Assembly: GCA_964571815.1 (NCBI GenBank)
Contig: CAZNDN010000002.1
Coordinates: 4,246 to 68,245, forward strand
Direction: 5' to 3'
Source: an uncultured Fibrobacterota bacterium
Lineage (GTDB): Bacteria > Fibrobacterota > Chitinivibrionia > Chitinivibrionales > WJKA01
Length of the DNA stretch: 64,000 bases
The notes under the pieces were generated by a model. That model was given only the letters and a program-made list of their open reading frames with translations, ran no database searches and was not told the DNA's origin. The number at the start of each line of letters is the position of its first letter. The stretch's first letter is position 1. The translations under genes and the position numbers were made by a program. Positions 28,353 to 38,109 of this stretch are shown piece after piece.

Positions 28353-28745
28353 GTGAACCACGCAATCGTCGGCATCGGATCGAATGTCAACCCCGCCGAG
28401 CACGTGCGACGCGCCCGGGCAAAGCTCTCTTCACACTACCGGGTACTCGGTGAGTCTTCGTTCGTGACGACCGAGTCCGTTGGGCCCGCGGGGAAGGAGC
28501 CGTTTCTCAATGGGGCGGTGTGGCTGGAAACCCCCCTTACGCTGGAAAAACTGAAAGAAGAACTGAAAGCGCTGGAAGTTGGTCTTGGAAGGCCGGCGGG
28601 GCATGACAAATGGGCACCGCGAACGATCGATCTGGACATCGTTGTGTGGAACGATACGGTCGTTGACCACGACTATTACTCGCGGGAGTTCCTCCGGCGA
28701 AGCGTGGAGGAACTCAAGGGAAGAAAAGTAATCGACCTCACGTGA
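28353..28745 (+). CDS. Short second HPPK (FolK-like)
   Basis: VGIGSN, FLNGAV, LK.LE..LGR, PRTIDLDI; lacks the PHP loop. Confidence 0.87.
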   Translation: MNHAIVGIGSNVNPAEHVRRARAKLSSHYRVLGESSFVTTESVGPAGKEPFLNGAVWLETPLTLEKLKEELKALEVGLGRPAGHDKWAPRTIDLDIVVWNDTVVDHDYYSREFLRRSVEELKGRKVIDLT

Positions 28746-28767
28746 TAGAACCGGAGCTGTAACCGTC

Positions 28768-29517
28768 ATGACAGGGAAAAGGTCAATCAAACACACATTC
28801 GTGCTTCTTGTTGCGCTTGTATGGCAAGGCAACGCCTTTGATCACGATTATACGCAGTATGCACAACTTCTCCGGAAGTATGTCTGCGACGGCGGCGTGG
28901 CATACGGGCCGATGAAAGGCGACACACTGGTGGATCAAATCAGGGAGCGGTTTTCATCGGTGGAATCGGCTGAATACGAATCGTTCTCGAAACCACGCAA
29001 ATTGGCCTACCTTATCAACCTCTACAATTTCTACACGATCGCCCTGATCCTGGAGAACTATCCTCTGGAGACGGGTATTCGGGATATCGGGAGCCCCTGG
29101 AAGCTCACATTTGTGCCCTTCAAGGGCAAGGAAGTCTCCCTCGATCACATTGAGCACAAGCTCATCCGCGCCCGATTCGACGAGCCTCGAATTCACTTCG
29201 CCCTGGTCTGTGCCGCCGGAGGCTGTCCAGCCCTCGCCGATGAGCCCTTCACCGCCGATGCGTTGGACCGGCAGTTGACTGCCGCGGGGAAAAAGTTCCT
29301 GAAAACTCCTTCGAAAAACCGTATCGAAGACGGGGAAATGAAACTGTCGAAGATCTTCAAATGGTACGGCAAGGATTTTGCGGGCGTCTACGGCGGATAC
29401 GAGAACTACATTATCGATTTGCTCGGACTCGAAGGAAAATGGACCGTATCGTTCATGGAGTACGATTGGCGCCTGAATGAAGTGCGGGAGTGCGTCGGGG
29501 ACAACGCCGGCGAGTAG
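28768..29517 (+). CDS. DUF547-domain secreted protein
   Basis: Signal peptide, LAYLINLYN, SLDHIEH..IR, EPRIHFALVCAAGGCP, SKIFKWY..DF, YDW.LN. Confidence 0.9.
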   Translation: MTGKRSIKHTFVLLVALVWQGNAFDHDYTQYAQLLRKYVCDGGVAYGPMKGDTLVDQIRERFSSVESAEYESFSKPRKLAYLINLYNFYTIALILENYPLETGIRDIGSPWKLTFVPFKGKEVSLDHIEHKLIRARFDEPRIHFALVCAAGGCPALADEPFTADALDRQLTAAGKKFLKTPSKNRIEDGEMKLSKIFKWYGKDFAGVYGGYENYIIDLLGLEGKWTVSFMEYDWRLNEVRECVGDNAGE

Positions 29518-29576
29518 CCCGGGAGACGTCGACCCCGCCGGCCGACGCAGATTCTGAGTGACGCCGGGAGCGGACC

Positions 29577-30194
29577 ATGCAAATTCCCGATCGACACGCA
29601 CTGCTGGTTTTCGCCAAGGTCCCCGAGTTGGGGATCGCGAAGTCAAGAATTGCCGCGAAGACGGGAAAGGGCACGGCCGAGCGGATTTACAGCGAACTTC
29701 TCAAAGCAACCGCCGCCATTGCGGAACCTTTTGAGTACCATGTGGCATACGCGGGAGCGCCTGAACCGCGATCGCTTCGCGGGTATTTCACCAACGCCCG
29801 GAGTTTTTTCATCCAGCGCGGCCGTTCGCTGGGCGACCGACTGCGAAACGCATTTCTTCATCTCTTCGCAAGGGGTTCTACTTCGATTTGCGCGCTGGGA
29901 TGCGACTGCCCGTTCGTCACCGGCGAAGACATCGTGGAGGGCCTGCGGCGGCTTTCGGATGGGACTCACACCGTGATCGGCCCGGCCCGCGACGGCGGGT
30001 ACTATCTGGTAGGCTGCCGGCCGGATGCTCTGGACATCTTCTCGGTAAAGAGCTGGGGTACCCCCCGGCTCACGGCCGAAACGCTTTCGGTCATATACAA
30101 GAAGAACTACTCCTGCCGTTTCCTGCCGACCCGGCGTGATATCGATACCATCGAGGACTACCGCGCATGGCGGGGAGAAGGCGCCGGTGCGTAG
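29577..30194 (+). CDS. TIGR04282/DUF2064 CofC-like glycosyltransferase-fold protein
   Basis: VFAKVPELGIAKSRI, QRGRSLGDRL, GCDCP, GPARDGGYYLVG, DIDTIED. Confidence 0.9.
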   Translation: MQIPDRHALLVFAKVPELGIAKSRIAAKTGKGTAERIYSELLKATAAIAEPFEYHVAYAGAPEPRSLRGYFTNARSFFIQRGRSLGDRLRNAFLHLFARGSTSICALGCDCPFVTGEDIVEGLRRLSDGTHTVIGPARDGGYYLVGCRPDALDIFSVKSWGTPRLTAETLSVIYKKNYSCRFLPTRRDIDTIEDYRAWRGEGAGA

Positions 30195-30338
30195 GTTGAC
30201 ACCGGCCATCCCCGGTGTGCTGCGCGGGCTTCATTGTTTCGGAATGCGTCCGCCGCGTTCTCGCGGCTTTTCGTATCTTGTATTGGCGAACCCGAAAGAG
30301 TGCCCCACACAATTTAACCAGATCGGAAGGAATGACTT

Positions 30339-30689
30339 ATGAGCCGACCGTCCGGACCCATAGGTGAAGCATTTGCCCCCGCCACCTTCGTCGATTACGC
30401 GACGGGATCGGTCGTGAGCAAGACAATCCTCGACAAGAGCGCAGGGCAGCTTACCCTTTTCTCTTTTGACCGTGGACAAGGTCTCACCGAGCACACATCG
30501 CCCTACGATGCGGTAGTGGAGGTGGTCGACGGCAAGGCGGAAATAACGGTCGGAGGAGCGCTTCACCATGTCGAGGCAGGGGAGATGATAATCATGCCGG
30601 CACACGTGCCCCACTCTTTGCATGCCGGGGAGCGGTTTAAGATGCTGTTGATCATGATTCGCGAGAAAGTCGACAAAGGTGTGGACTGA
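30339..30689 (+). CDS. Cupin domain protein
   Basis: LTLFSFDRGQGLTEH, GEMIIMPAHVPHSL. Confidence 0.9.
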   Translation: MSRPSGPIGEAFAPATFVDYATGSVVSKTILDKSAGQLTLFSFDRGQGLTEHTSPYDAVVEVVDGKAEITVGGALHHVEAGEMIIMPAHVPHSLHAGERFKMLLIMIREKVDKGVD

Positions 30690-30719
30690 CAAACATCTGC
30701 CTCCAGGGGGAAACCGATC

Positions 30720-31556
30720 ATGGAGTTTTCCAATGTAATTCCGGCATTCACCTTGACACTCATTGCGGGTCTCTGTACCGGCGTAGGAAGTGCCCTGGCA
30801 TTCTTCGCGCGGCGCACCAATACGCGGTTCCTTTGTGTTTCGCTCGGTTTCTCCGCCGGTGTCATGCTTTACGTGTCGTTGATCGAGATATTTGCCAAGG
30901 CCCGTGATTCACTGTCTGAAGTGCTCGGCCCGCGGGGCGGATACTGGGCCACCACCGGCGCCTTCTTTTCAGGCATGCTTTTCATCGCGATCATTGACCG
31001 CCTGGTCCCTTCGTACGAAAACCCTCACGAGTCGCACGGGGTGGAAGAGTTGGCGGACAAGCAGCCGGAGGGGAAAATGCCTGCCCGGGCGTCCGCCCAC
31101 GACCCCAGGCTGCTGCGCATGGGCCTGATGTCGGCCCTGGCTATCGGGATCCACAACTTTCCCGAAGGTCTTGCTACGTTTACGGCGGCCCTCAAAGACC
31201 CCTCGCTGGGTTTGGCCATAGCGGTTGCGATTGCAATTCACAATATCCCCGAAGGCATCGCGGTGTCGGTTCCGGTTTACTATGCCACCGGCAGTCGCCG
31301 GCGGGCGTTCTTCTACTCCTTCCTATCCGGAATCTCCGAGCCCCTGGGAGCGCTGCTGGGATACCTGGTGCTTATCCGGTTTTTCAGCGATACCACCTTC
31401 GGCATTCTCTTCGCCGCGGTGGGTGGAATTATGGTGTATATTTCTCTTGACGAGCTTCTTCCCACGGCGGAAAAATACGGGGAACACCATCTGTCAATCT
31501 ACGGCCTTGTCGCGGGCATGGCCGTCATGGCTCTCAGCCTTCTCTTGTTCGTATGA
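30720..31556 (+). CDS. zupT: ZIP-family zinc/metal transporter
   Basis: LGFSAGVM.YVS..EI, AIGIHNFPEG, IAIHNIPEG, DELLP. Confidence 0.93.
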   Translation: MEFSNVIPAFTLTLIAGLCTGVGSALAFFARRTNTRFLCVSLGFSAGVMLYVSLIEIFAKARDSLSEVLGPRGGYWATTGAFFSGMLFIAIIDRLVPSYENPHESHGVEELADKQPEGKMPARASAHDPRLLRMGLMSALAIGIHNFPEGLATFTAALKDPSLGLAIAVAIAIHNIPEGIAVSVPVYYATGSRRRAFFYSFLSGISEPLGALLGYLVLIRFFSDTTFGILFAAVGGIMVYISLDELLPTAEKYGEHHLSIYGLVAGMAVMALSLLLFV

Positions 31557-33964
31557 GACTACCCGGCCTCTACTTCGACTGGCTCCAGAAAGACAACCCG
31601 ACGGGCACCGTCGACCGGCTTCCCCAGCTCCGGAACAAGTTCGAAACGTCGGTACCGGGCATATACTGCACCGGGGACTTGACCGGCATACCGCTCATCA
31701 AGCTTGCGGCTGAATCGGGTTTCGAGTTGATGGAACGATTCAGGACCGACGAGGAGTTCCGGCGGAAACGCGAACAGAACCGGGACGCCGATGTCCTCGA
31801 TATGGTGATTGTCGGCGCGGGGCCTTCCGGTATATCCGCGGCTATTCGTTCCGCGGAGCTGGGATACCGCATCGTGATCCTTGAGTCATCGCGGTTGTTC
31901 AACACGATCGAGAACTTCCCGGCCGGGAAACCAATCTACGTGACCCCGCCGAAGCCGCCGATGAAATCGGCGCTGCACTTCACGGAGGGGACCAGGGAGA
32001 CGCTCCTTGAGCAGCTTCACGACGCCATTCGCCGGAAAGACCTTCCGGTGCGCCAGAACGAGATGGTCAAGACAATCGAGAAAAAGGACGGCACATTCAC
32101 CGTAAAAACTGAACAGGGGGCTTATCGTGCACTCCGGGTTGTGCTGAGTATCGGCAAAACCGGCAACGCCCGGCGCCTGGGAGTCGAGGGCGAGGAACTG
32201 CCCAAGGTATTCACCCGCCTGATCGATCCGGGGGAGCATCACGACCAGGACATCCTGGTAGTCGGTGGCGGGGACAGCGCACTGGAGGCCGCGGTTGCAC
32301 TGGCTAAAACCGACAACCGTGTCACACTCTCCTACCGCCGAAACACGCTTACGCGCCCGAAGGAGCAGAATGTCCGGGCATTCGAGAAACTGGCCCACGA
32401 GGGTAAGATAACATCCCTCCCGGGCAGCACGGTCAAGGAAGTCCGGGAACATGATGTTGTCTTGCGAACCGCCGGAGGCGAGAAAACACTACCCAACGAC
32501 ACTGTCTTTGCCCTTATCGGAACCGAAATCCCGGTTCGGTTTTTCAAGCGCGCCGGTATTCGGCTCCAGGGGGAGAAAAGATTTGCGGACTGGAGCAAAC
32601 TTGCCGCTTTGCTCCTTTTCTCCTGCGTACTCTACTTCGGCAAAAGCGCCCCGGTCACGAAGGTCTCTTCGGCCGGCCAATTCCTGACCATTCCCGCACG
32701 GCTGCTGAAAATGAACTGGGTGCCGGCCACCAAGGGCCTCCTCGCATGGATCAGTTTTATCCTCATGACACTTGCCGGCACGTACCTCGTCGGCCATGTG
32801 TCCCGAAACCGCTCACGCTATTTCGGCACTCCGTGGAATTCGTTCAAATACTCATATTTCGGGGCTATGTTCGCCCTGTTCGCTATCATCTATATCACCC
32901 ACAATCTCGCCGGCTTTTCACCTTTGGGATATCATCCGGGCGTATGGTACACGGCCATGTATTCCCTCACTATCCTGGTTTTCGGACTTCGCCGCATGAA
33001 GGTCACCCCAACAGGTTACATACGTCGGCAGACATGGACCCTGATCGGCATTCAGATGATTCCCCTTTTTATTCTTCCCATCTTCGTTTTCGAGCCGCTC
33101 GGAAGGGCCGGCCTGCTGCCGCAGTGGCTCAATGAGCAGGCGTTTCCCGGGGGCTCGTACTGGCGTTCATACGGATTCATTCTCGCCTGGCCCCTTTTCA
33201 TCCATAATCTGGCCACAAACCAGCCGACCCTTTTCTGGGGGATCGTAGGCGTGGGCCAGGCATTTCTTCTGATCCCGCTTATGAACTACCTCTGGGGAAA
33301 AGGTGCGTATTGCGGATGGGTATGTTCGTGCGGTGCTCTGGCCGAAACGCTCGGGGACGAATACCGTACGGAGGCCTGGCACGGACCGGCCGCCAAACGC
33401 GCCGACAACGCCGGCCAGGTGGTGCTCTGGTTTGCGGCAATCGTAACGCTGGCGGTTCTGGTGGGAAAACCGGGCGGCGGCTTCGGCGTCAACCAGAAAG
33501 CTGTCTACGAAATAGTGGTCGACATTGTCTTCGCGGGCGTACTGGGGGTCGGCGTATACTTCTTCCTTTCCGGCAGAGTCTGGTGCCGTTTTCTCTGCCC
33601 GCTTGCCGCCCTGATGCATATCTATACCCGGTTCAGCAAGTACCGTATCATGGCCGACAAGAAACGATGCATCTCGTGCGGAATCTGCACGAAAGTCTGC
33701 CACATGGGTATCGATGTCATGGGCTACGCCAACAAGGGTATCCCCATGAACGATGTCGAGTGCGTACGGTGCAGCGCCTGCATCGTGAATTGCCCCATGC
33801 AGGTCTTGACTTTCGGTAATGTCGGCAAACCGGACCCGGATAACCGTGAACATACCAGACGCTACATCCCGCTGACTTCGGGATGGCAAAGCGGACTGCC
33901 CGACAACGACATCGCGATACTCAAAACGGAGGAACGGGAAAAACACCCGGAGGTTGGACATTAA
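31553..33964 (+). CDS. Fusion of a TrxR-like FAD/NAD(P) domain and a NapH/MauN-type membrane 4Fe-4S domain
   Basis: GAGPSG and VVGGGDSA dinucleotide motifs; multiple TM helices; CGWVCSCG, CRFLCP, CISCGICTKVC, CVRCSACIVNCP. Confidence 0.85.
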   Translation: MRLPGLYFDWLQKDNPTGTVDRLPQLRNKFETSVPGIYCTGDLTGIPLIKLAAESGFELMERFRTDEEFRRKREQNRDADVLDMVIVGAGPSGISAAIRSAELGYRIVILESSRLFNTIENFPAGKPIYVTPPKPPMKSALHFTEGTRETLLEQLHDAIRRKDLPVRQNEMVKTIEKKDGTFTVKTEQGAYRALRVVLSIGKTGNARRLGVEGEELPKVFTRLIDPGEHHDQDILVVGGGDSALEAAVALAKTDNRVTLSYRRNTLTRPKEQNVRAFEKLAHEGKITSLPGSTVKEVREHDVVLRTAGGEKTLPNDTVFALIGTEIPVRFFKRAGIRLQGEKRFADWSKLAALLLFSCVLYFGKSAPVTKVSSAGQFLTIPARLLKMNWVPATKGLLAWISFILMTLAGTYLVGHVSRNRSRYFGTPWNSFKYSYFGAMFALFAIIYITHNLAGFSPLGYHPGVWYTAMYSLTILVFGLRRMKVTPTGYIRRQTWTLIGIQMIPLFILPIFVFEPLGRAGLLPQWLNEQAFPGGSYWRSYGFILAWPLFIHNLATNQPTLFWGIVGVGQAFLLIPLMNYLWGKGAYCGWVCSCGALAETLGDEYRTEAWHGPAAKRADNAGQVVLWFAAIVTLAVLVGKPGGGFGVNQKAVYEIVVDIVFAGVLGVGVYFFLSGRVWCRFLCPLAALMHIYTRFSKYRIMADKKRCISCGICTKVCHMGIDVMGYANKGIPMNDVECVRCSACIVNCPMQVLTFGNVGKPDPDNREHTRRYIPLTSGWQSGLPDNDIAILKTEEREKHPEVGH

Positions 33965-34097
33965 AAACGCCGCCGGACACGATTGCAGTCGCGTACGGAA
34001 CGGCTTTTCGGCGACGTAACCGGCCTGGACCATAAATCCGAAAGAAGAGAACGGGGGCGACACGGCGGCCAATTACTCTTGCCGGAAGGAGAAAACC

Positions 34098-35216
34098 ATG
34101 ATTTCTGTAGTCAACAGAAGACGTTTCACCAAAGTACTGGCGGCGATGAGTACCGGGATTGGTCTGAGAACTATGAACGCCGGCGCAGCGAAAAGAAGCT
34201 CTCGGGAAAACACCCGAAACTACAACCCCGCCATGGCGTACCGCGAACTGGGAGATACCGGCATTCGGGTCTCCGTTTTCAGCCTCGGCACGGGCACGTG
34301 CAATCCCGAAGTGCTCAAGGAAGGTGTGAAGCTCGGGATCAACCTGATTCATACTTCCACGCAGTACGAAGGCGGAGAGACAATAAAAAAGCTGAGGGGC
34401 GTGCTTGAAGGTGGCGTGCGGGAAAAAGTCTACCTGGCCCTCAAAGACAATTTCGACTCTCTTGAACAAGTGCTGAATGATCTGGGAATCGACTACGTTG
34501 ACCTGATAATGTTCAATCGCCATGACCCCGCATCGCTCAAAGTCGACCTCCCCACCATTGAAAAGAAGTTTCTGCGGTGGCGCGATGACGGGATGGTGGG
34601 CTGTGCCGGACTGACAACCCACGGGAGCATGGCCGAGTGTGTTGACCTGGCCGCCGCGGCCGGGTTCTTCTCGGTGGTGATGCCCAGCTACGGCCCCAAG
34701 CAGGTGGAGGATTTCGGACCACAGCGGAAAGTGCTCCGCTCGAAGAAAATGAGCATCATCGCAATGAAGACCAGGGGTGAGTTGGAGGGGGGTGCGTACG
34801 AGAAGCAGATTCCCCGTGTCCTCGCCGACCCCGTCGTTTCGACCCTCCTGAAGGGAACGGGCTCAATCGAAAACCTGAAGAGATGGTCAACGGTCGCCGC
34901 CGAAGCGCGGACCGGAATGATTCCCCGCATTTTCGACACCGACAACAGATATGCTTACGGGTATGCAGGGTGCATGATGTGCGGGGAGTGCGGGAAAGCA
35001 TGCCCGCGAAGAATCGACACCGCGGGAATCGTGCGCTGCACCCGCTACTACAATGACGCGGAGCATTCCCCCGATCAGGCAGTTCGAACGTTCCGGGAAA
35101 TCGGCGGAGCAACCGCCGTTGCATCGTGTTCCGACTGCGGAGCATGCGAGCGCGCTTGTCCGCAGCGAATCAATGTCAGAGGTGAGATGAAAAAGGCGGC
35201 GGCATTATGGGCCTGA
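34098..35216 (+). CDS. Aldo/keto reductase-fold protein with Tat-like signal and C-terminal Fe-S motifs
   Basis: NRRRFTK, YRELGDTGIRVSVFSLG, CMMCGECGKACP, CSDCGACERACP. Confidence 0.82.
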   Translation: MISVVNRRRFTKVLAAMSTGIGLRTMNAGAAKRSSRENTRNYNPAMAYRELGDTGIRVSVFSLGTGTCNPEVLKEGVKLGINLIHTSTQYEGGETIKKLRGVLEGGVREKVYLALKDNFDSLEQVLNDLGIDYVDLIMFNRHDPASLKVDLPTIEKKFLRWRDDGMVGCAGLTTHGSMAECVDLAAAAGFFSVVMPSYGPKQVEDFGPQRKVLRSKKMSIIAMKTRGELEGGAYEKQIPRVLADPVVSTLLKGTGSIENLKRWSTVAAEARTGMIPRIFDTDNRYAYGYAGCMMCGECGKACPRRIDTAGIVRCTRYYNDAEHSPDQAVRTFREIGGATAVASCSDCGACERACPQRINVRGEMKKAAALWA

Positions 35217-36097
35217 TACTGACTTCAACCATACTGGCAGCCGTTGTCCTGACCGCCCTGCCCTCGGGCACGGAGGATTCCTCTCCCGCACCGTCCGCAC
35301 CGCCGGGGTTCTTCTCCAGGGGAACACCGGAAGTGTATGAAGGATACTCCCTGTATGAATATATTAACGGCGGAGCCGACATCTTCTACCGGTTCGGATT
35401 CAAACGTTGTGTCTCCTATACATTCGCGGACACTACCGCCGGCGACGAGAGAGAAGTAGTCGTCGATGTGTACGACATGGGCGATCCGCTCAACGCTTTC
35501 GGCATTTTCCGACGCACGGCCGCTTCAGATACGATTCGCCGGGGTGTGGGCGTTGAGTATGTCACTTCTCCGCGGGGAATCACCTTCTGGAAGTCTTTTT
35601 TCTATGTTCAGGTGACCGACAAGTCGGCCTCATCGCTTTCGACGAAGGTGCTGCATGAGGCTGCCGGCGGCCTCGCCGACGCAATCCCCGGCGACAGGGA
35701 GTTGCCGGCTGCTGTTTCCGCGTTGCCCGAAAAGGAACAAGAGCCGAATTCCGAGGGCTTCACCCCTCAGGACTTTCTCGGACGGGCATTCCTCAAGGAT
35801 GTTGTCTGGGCACATTACCAGGTTGAAGAACACCTCTGTACCCTCTTCGTCATGGTCCCCGGTTCACCGGAGATGGCCGACTCCCTGCTGGCAAAGATAA
35901 GTGAAGTGTTCGAGGTTCAGCCTTCGACGGACCTCACGAGAAGCAGAACGCCCGTAAGGATAGTCTCCGGTCCGAGACTGTCGGCGGGGACCGATGGAAC
36001 CAGAATTGCCGGGGTACTTGGAGCAGCTTCGGCGAAAAGGAAAACCTCATTGATTTCCGCGGCGCTCAATGTCCGGAAAGGGCCTGTCCGGGATTGA
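35207..36097 (+). CDS. DUF6599-like secreted protein
   Basis: Signal peptide, LYEYINGGADIFYRFGF, VDVYDMG...AFGIF. Confidence 0.75.
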   Translation: MGLILTSTILAAVVLTALPSGTEDSSPAPSAPPGFFSRGTPEVYEGYSLYEYINGGADIFYRFGFKRCVSYTFADTTAGDEREVVVDVYDMGDPLNAFGIFRRTAASDTIRRGVGVEYVTSPRGITFWKSFFYVQVTDKSASSLSTKVLHEAAGGLADAIPGDRELPAAVSALPEKEQEPNSEGFTPQDFLGRAFLKDVVWAHYQVEEHLCTLFVMVPGSPEMADSLLAKISEVFEVQPSTDLTRSRTPVRIVSGPRLSAGTDGTRIAGVLGAASAKRKTSLISAALNVRKGPVRD

Positions 36098-36109
36098 ACG
36101 CCACCGTTC

Positions 36110-37225
36110 CTACGCATTTTCTGCCGCGGCCTTCGGTGCGTGTCCCTCGCTCGTGCTCGGCAAAAGCTCCGCACGCGTGCGAGGGAAACAGTGTGGGTAG
36201 TTCTCACGCACGAACCCGATCATCGCTTCCCGAAGGTGACACCGGAGATTCCAGGCCGCGGATGAGTCCTTTGCGCTCACCAGCAGGCGAACCTCCATTA
36301 CCGTCTCCCTGGAATCGGTAACCTGCACACCGCACACCTCCCCATCCCACATCCCCGACGCCTCAACGATCTTCCGGGTTTGTTCCCTGACGACCTCCAC
36401 CGGCAGCAGGTAATCGGTGTACAAATACACGGTGCCCAGTATGTTGGCCGAACTCCTTGTCCAGTTCTGGAACGGTTGCTCGATGAAATAGTTAACCGGC
36501 AACACCAGACGACGAAGGTCCCAGATGCGCACGACGACAAAGGTAAGGGTTATCTCCTCAACCCTTCCCCACTCGTTTTCGACGATAACAACATCATCGA
36601 GCCGAATCGGCTGCGTAATGGCTATTTGAATGCCGGCAAGAAGCGTCGCGATCGTGCGCTGAGCGGCAAGACCAATGATTATGCCGGTGATTCCCGCCGA
36701 GGCCAGAAGGCTGACCCCGATCTGTCTGACCCCCTCAAACGTCATTAGTCCCGCGGAGGCAAGGACGATAACGAGAATCACGACTACGATCTTCTCCAGG
36801 ACATGCACCTGGGTTACGACCTTCCGGGCCCTCAGGTTGTCTTCCGCCCCCACATCGTAGCGCTCCAGAACGATATCCCGCAGCGCAAAGACAATCGAAA
36901 TCACCAGGTAGCCTACGGCAACGATCAAACACAGCGCGACGGTATGCTGCACGAACGCCCGCATGCTCTCAGGCAGCCCCATCAACGGCACCCCCAGCTT
37001 GAAAATCAGGAGCGGAAAGATAACCGAGGCGGGCTTGCGCGTATAGCGCACGAAGTGATCGTCAATAGTGCTGCTTGTCCCCGTAGAAAGCCGGCGCAGT
37101 ACGCGATAGACACCGTAGCGGATAATCAATCCCGCTATCAGTGCGGCCGCCAGGTACACAACGAACGCCACGGCCTGCGTCAACACCATACTCCCCAACA
37201 ACTCGTCGATCAGCTCCTGAACCAT
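36110..37225 (-). CDS. MscS-family mechanosensitive channel
   Basis: SAGITGIIIGLAAQ, QPIRLDDVVIVENEWGRVEEI, PFQNWT. Confidence 0.93.
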   Translation of the reverse strand: MVQELIDELLGSMVLTQAVAFVVYLAAALIAGLIIRYGVYRVLRRLSTGTSSTIDDHFVRYTRKPASVIFPLLIFKLGVPLMGLPESMRAFVQHTVALCLIVAVGYLVISIVFALRDIVLERYDVGAEDNLRARKVVTQVHVLEKIVVVILVIVLASAGLMTFEGVRQIGVSLLASAGITGIIIGLAAQRTIATLLAGIQIAITQPIRLDDVVIVENEWGRVEEITLTFVVVRIWDLRRLVLPVNYFIEQPFQNWTRSSANILGTVYLYTDYLLPVEVVREQTRKIVEASGMWDGEVCGVQVTDSRETVMEVRLLVSAKDSSAAWNLRCHLREAMIGFVRENYPHCFPRTRAELLPSTSEGHAPKAAAENA

Positions 37226-37331
37226 AGTGCTTCAACCTCCTTCAACGATGCAGCAGTTTGCTTTCAACCTTCTTTTCCCTCTGACGAACCGACTTGACCG
37301 CCGCCACCATGGGTTTCCCGGGTGAGCCCGA

Positions 37332-37748
37332 TCAGATATCCCTGCCGAGGGTCGCCGGCACGAAACGACCGAGTTTCACATGCTTGGTACTGATGAGCTT
37401 GTCCGCTACCGCTTTCACTTCGGCCGCCTTCCCCCGCAGAAGAATAACCTCCATGCAGTTATTGTGGTCGAGGTGCGCGTGCATCGTTGAAATGATGGTG
37501 CGTTCATGTTCGTGCTGCCTTCCGGTCAACTGCTCCGTCAGCCCCCGCTGATGATGATCATACACCAGCACGACCGCCGCGGCGGTCATGAAATCGGATT
37601 GCTTCCACTCAGACTCCACCAGGCTGTGCCGGATAAGATCCCGAATCGCCTCTGAACGATTAGCATAACCCTTCTGCCTGATATCTTCGTCAAAACGCTG
37701 CAGCAGCACTCCGGACAGCGAAACGCCGAAACGTATGCATTCTTCCAT
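37332..37748 (-). CDS. nikR: Nickel-responsive regulator
   Basis: RFGVSL, NRSEAIRDLIR, YDHH, QH, H.HLDHNNCMEV (Ni ligands intact). Confidence 0.95.
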   Translation of the reverse strand: MEECIRFGVSLSGVLLQRFDEDIRQKGYANRSEAIRDLIRHSLVESEWKQSDFMTAAAVVLVYDHHQRGLTEQLTGRQHEHERTIISTMHAHLDHNNCMEVILLRGKAAEVKAVADKLISTKHVKLGRFVPATLGRDI

Positions 37749-38109
37749 GAGCCGATCCTTCCTTCCCTCGACAACCGCTCCGGTCCGGAGCGAATTCGCC
37801 GGGATCTTTCAAGTGTTGTTCGAAAATGCTTCTTGAGTAGTGGTATCACCTCGCACTGCGGCACCTGCCACACAGCCTTCGCGGCCACGCTCCTATTCCG
37901 CATTCCAAGGCACGTTCGCGGATCAAAATACTTTGATTTACGCTCCGGCTGCGCGGTACCTGCCGGTTGAAGATCGCGGGAAAGCGTGAGTGTGCTCGAA
38001 GTGCGGCGACGTATCTCCCCCCTGACGGAGGTACGCCGGGAGGCTACCCGTCACTCGACACGAACTATTTTCGCATTTTCAGCACGTCTTCAACCATCGG
38101 AGTACCATC

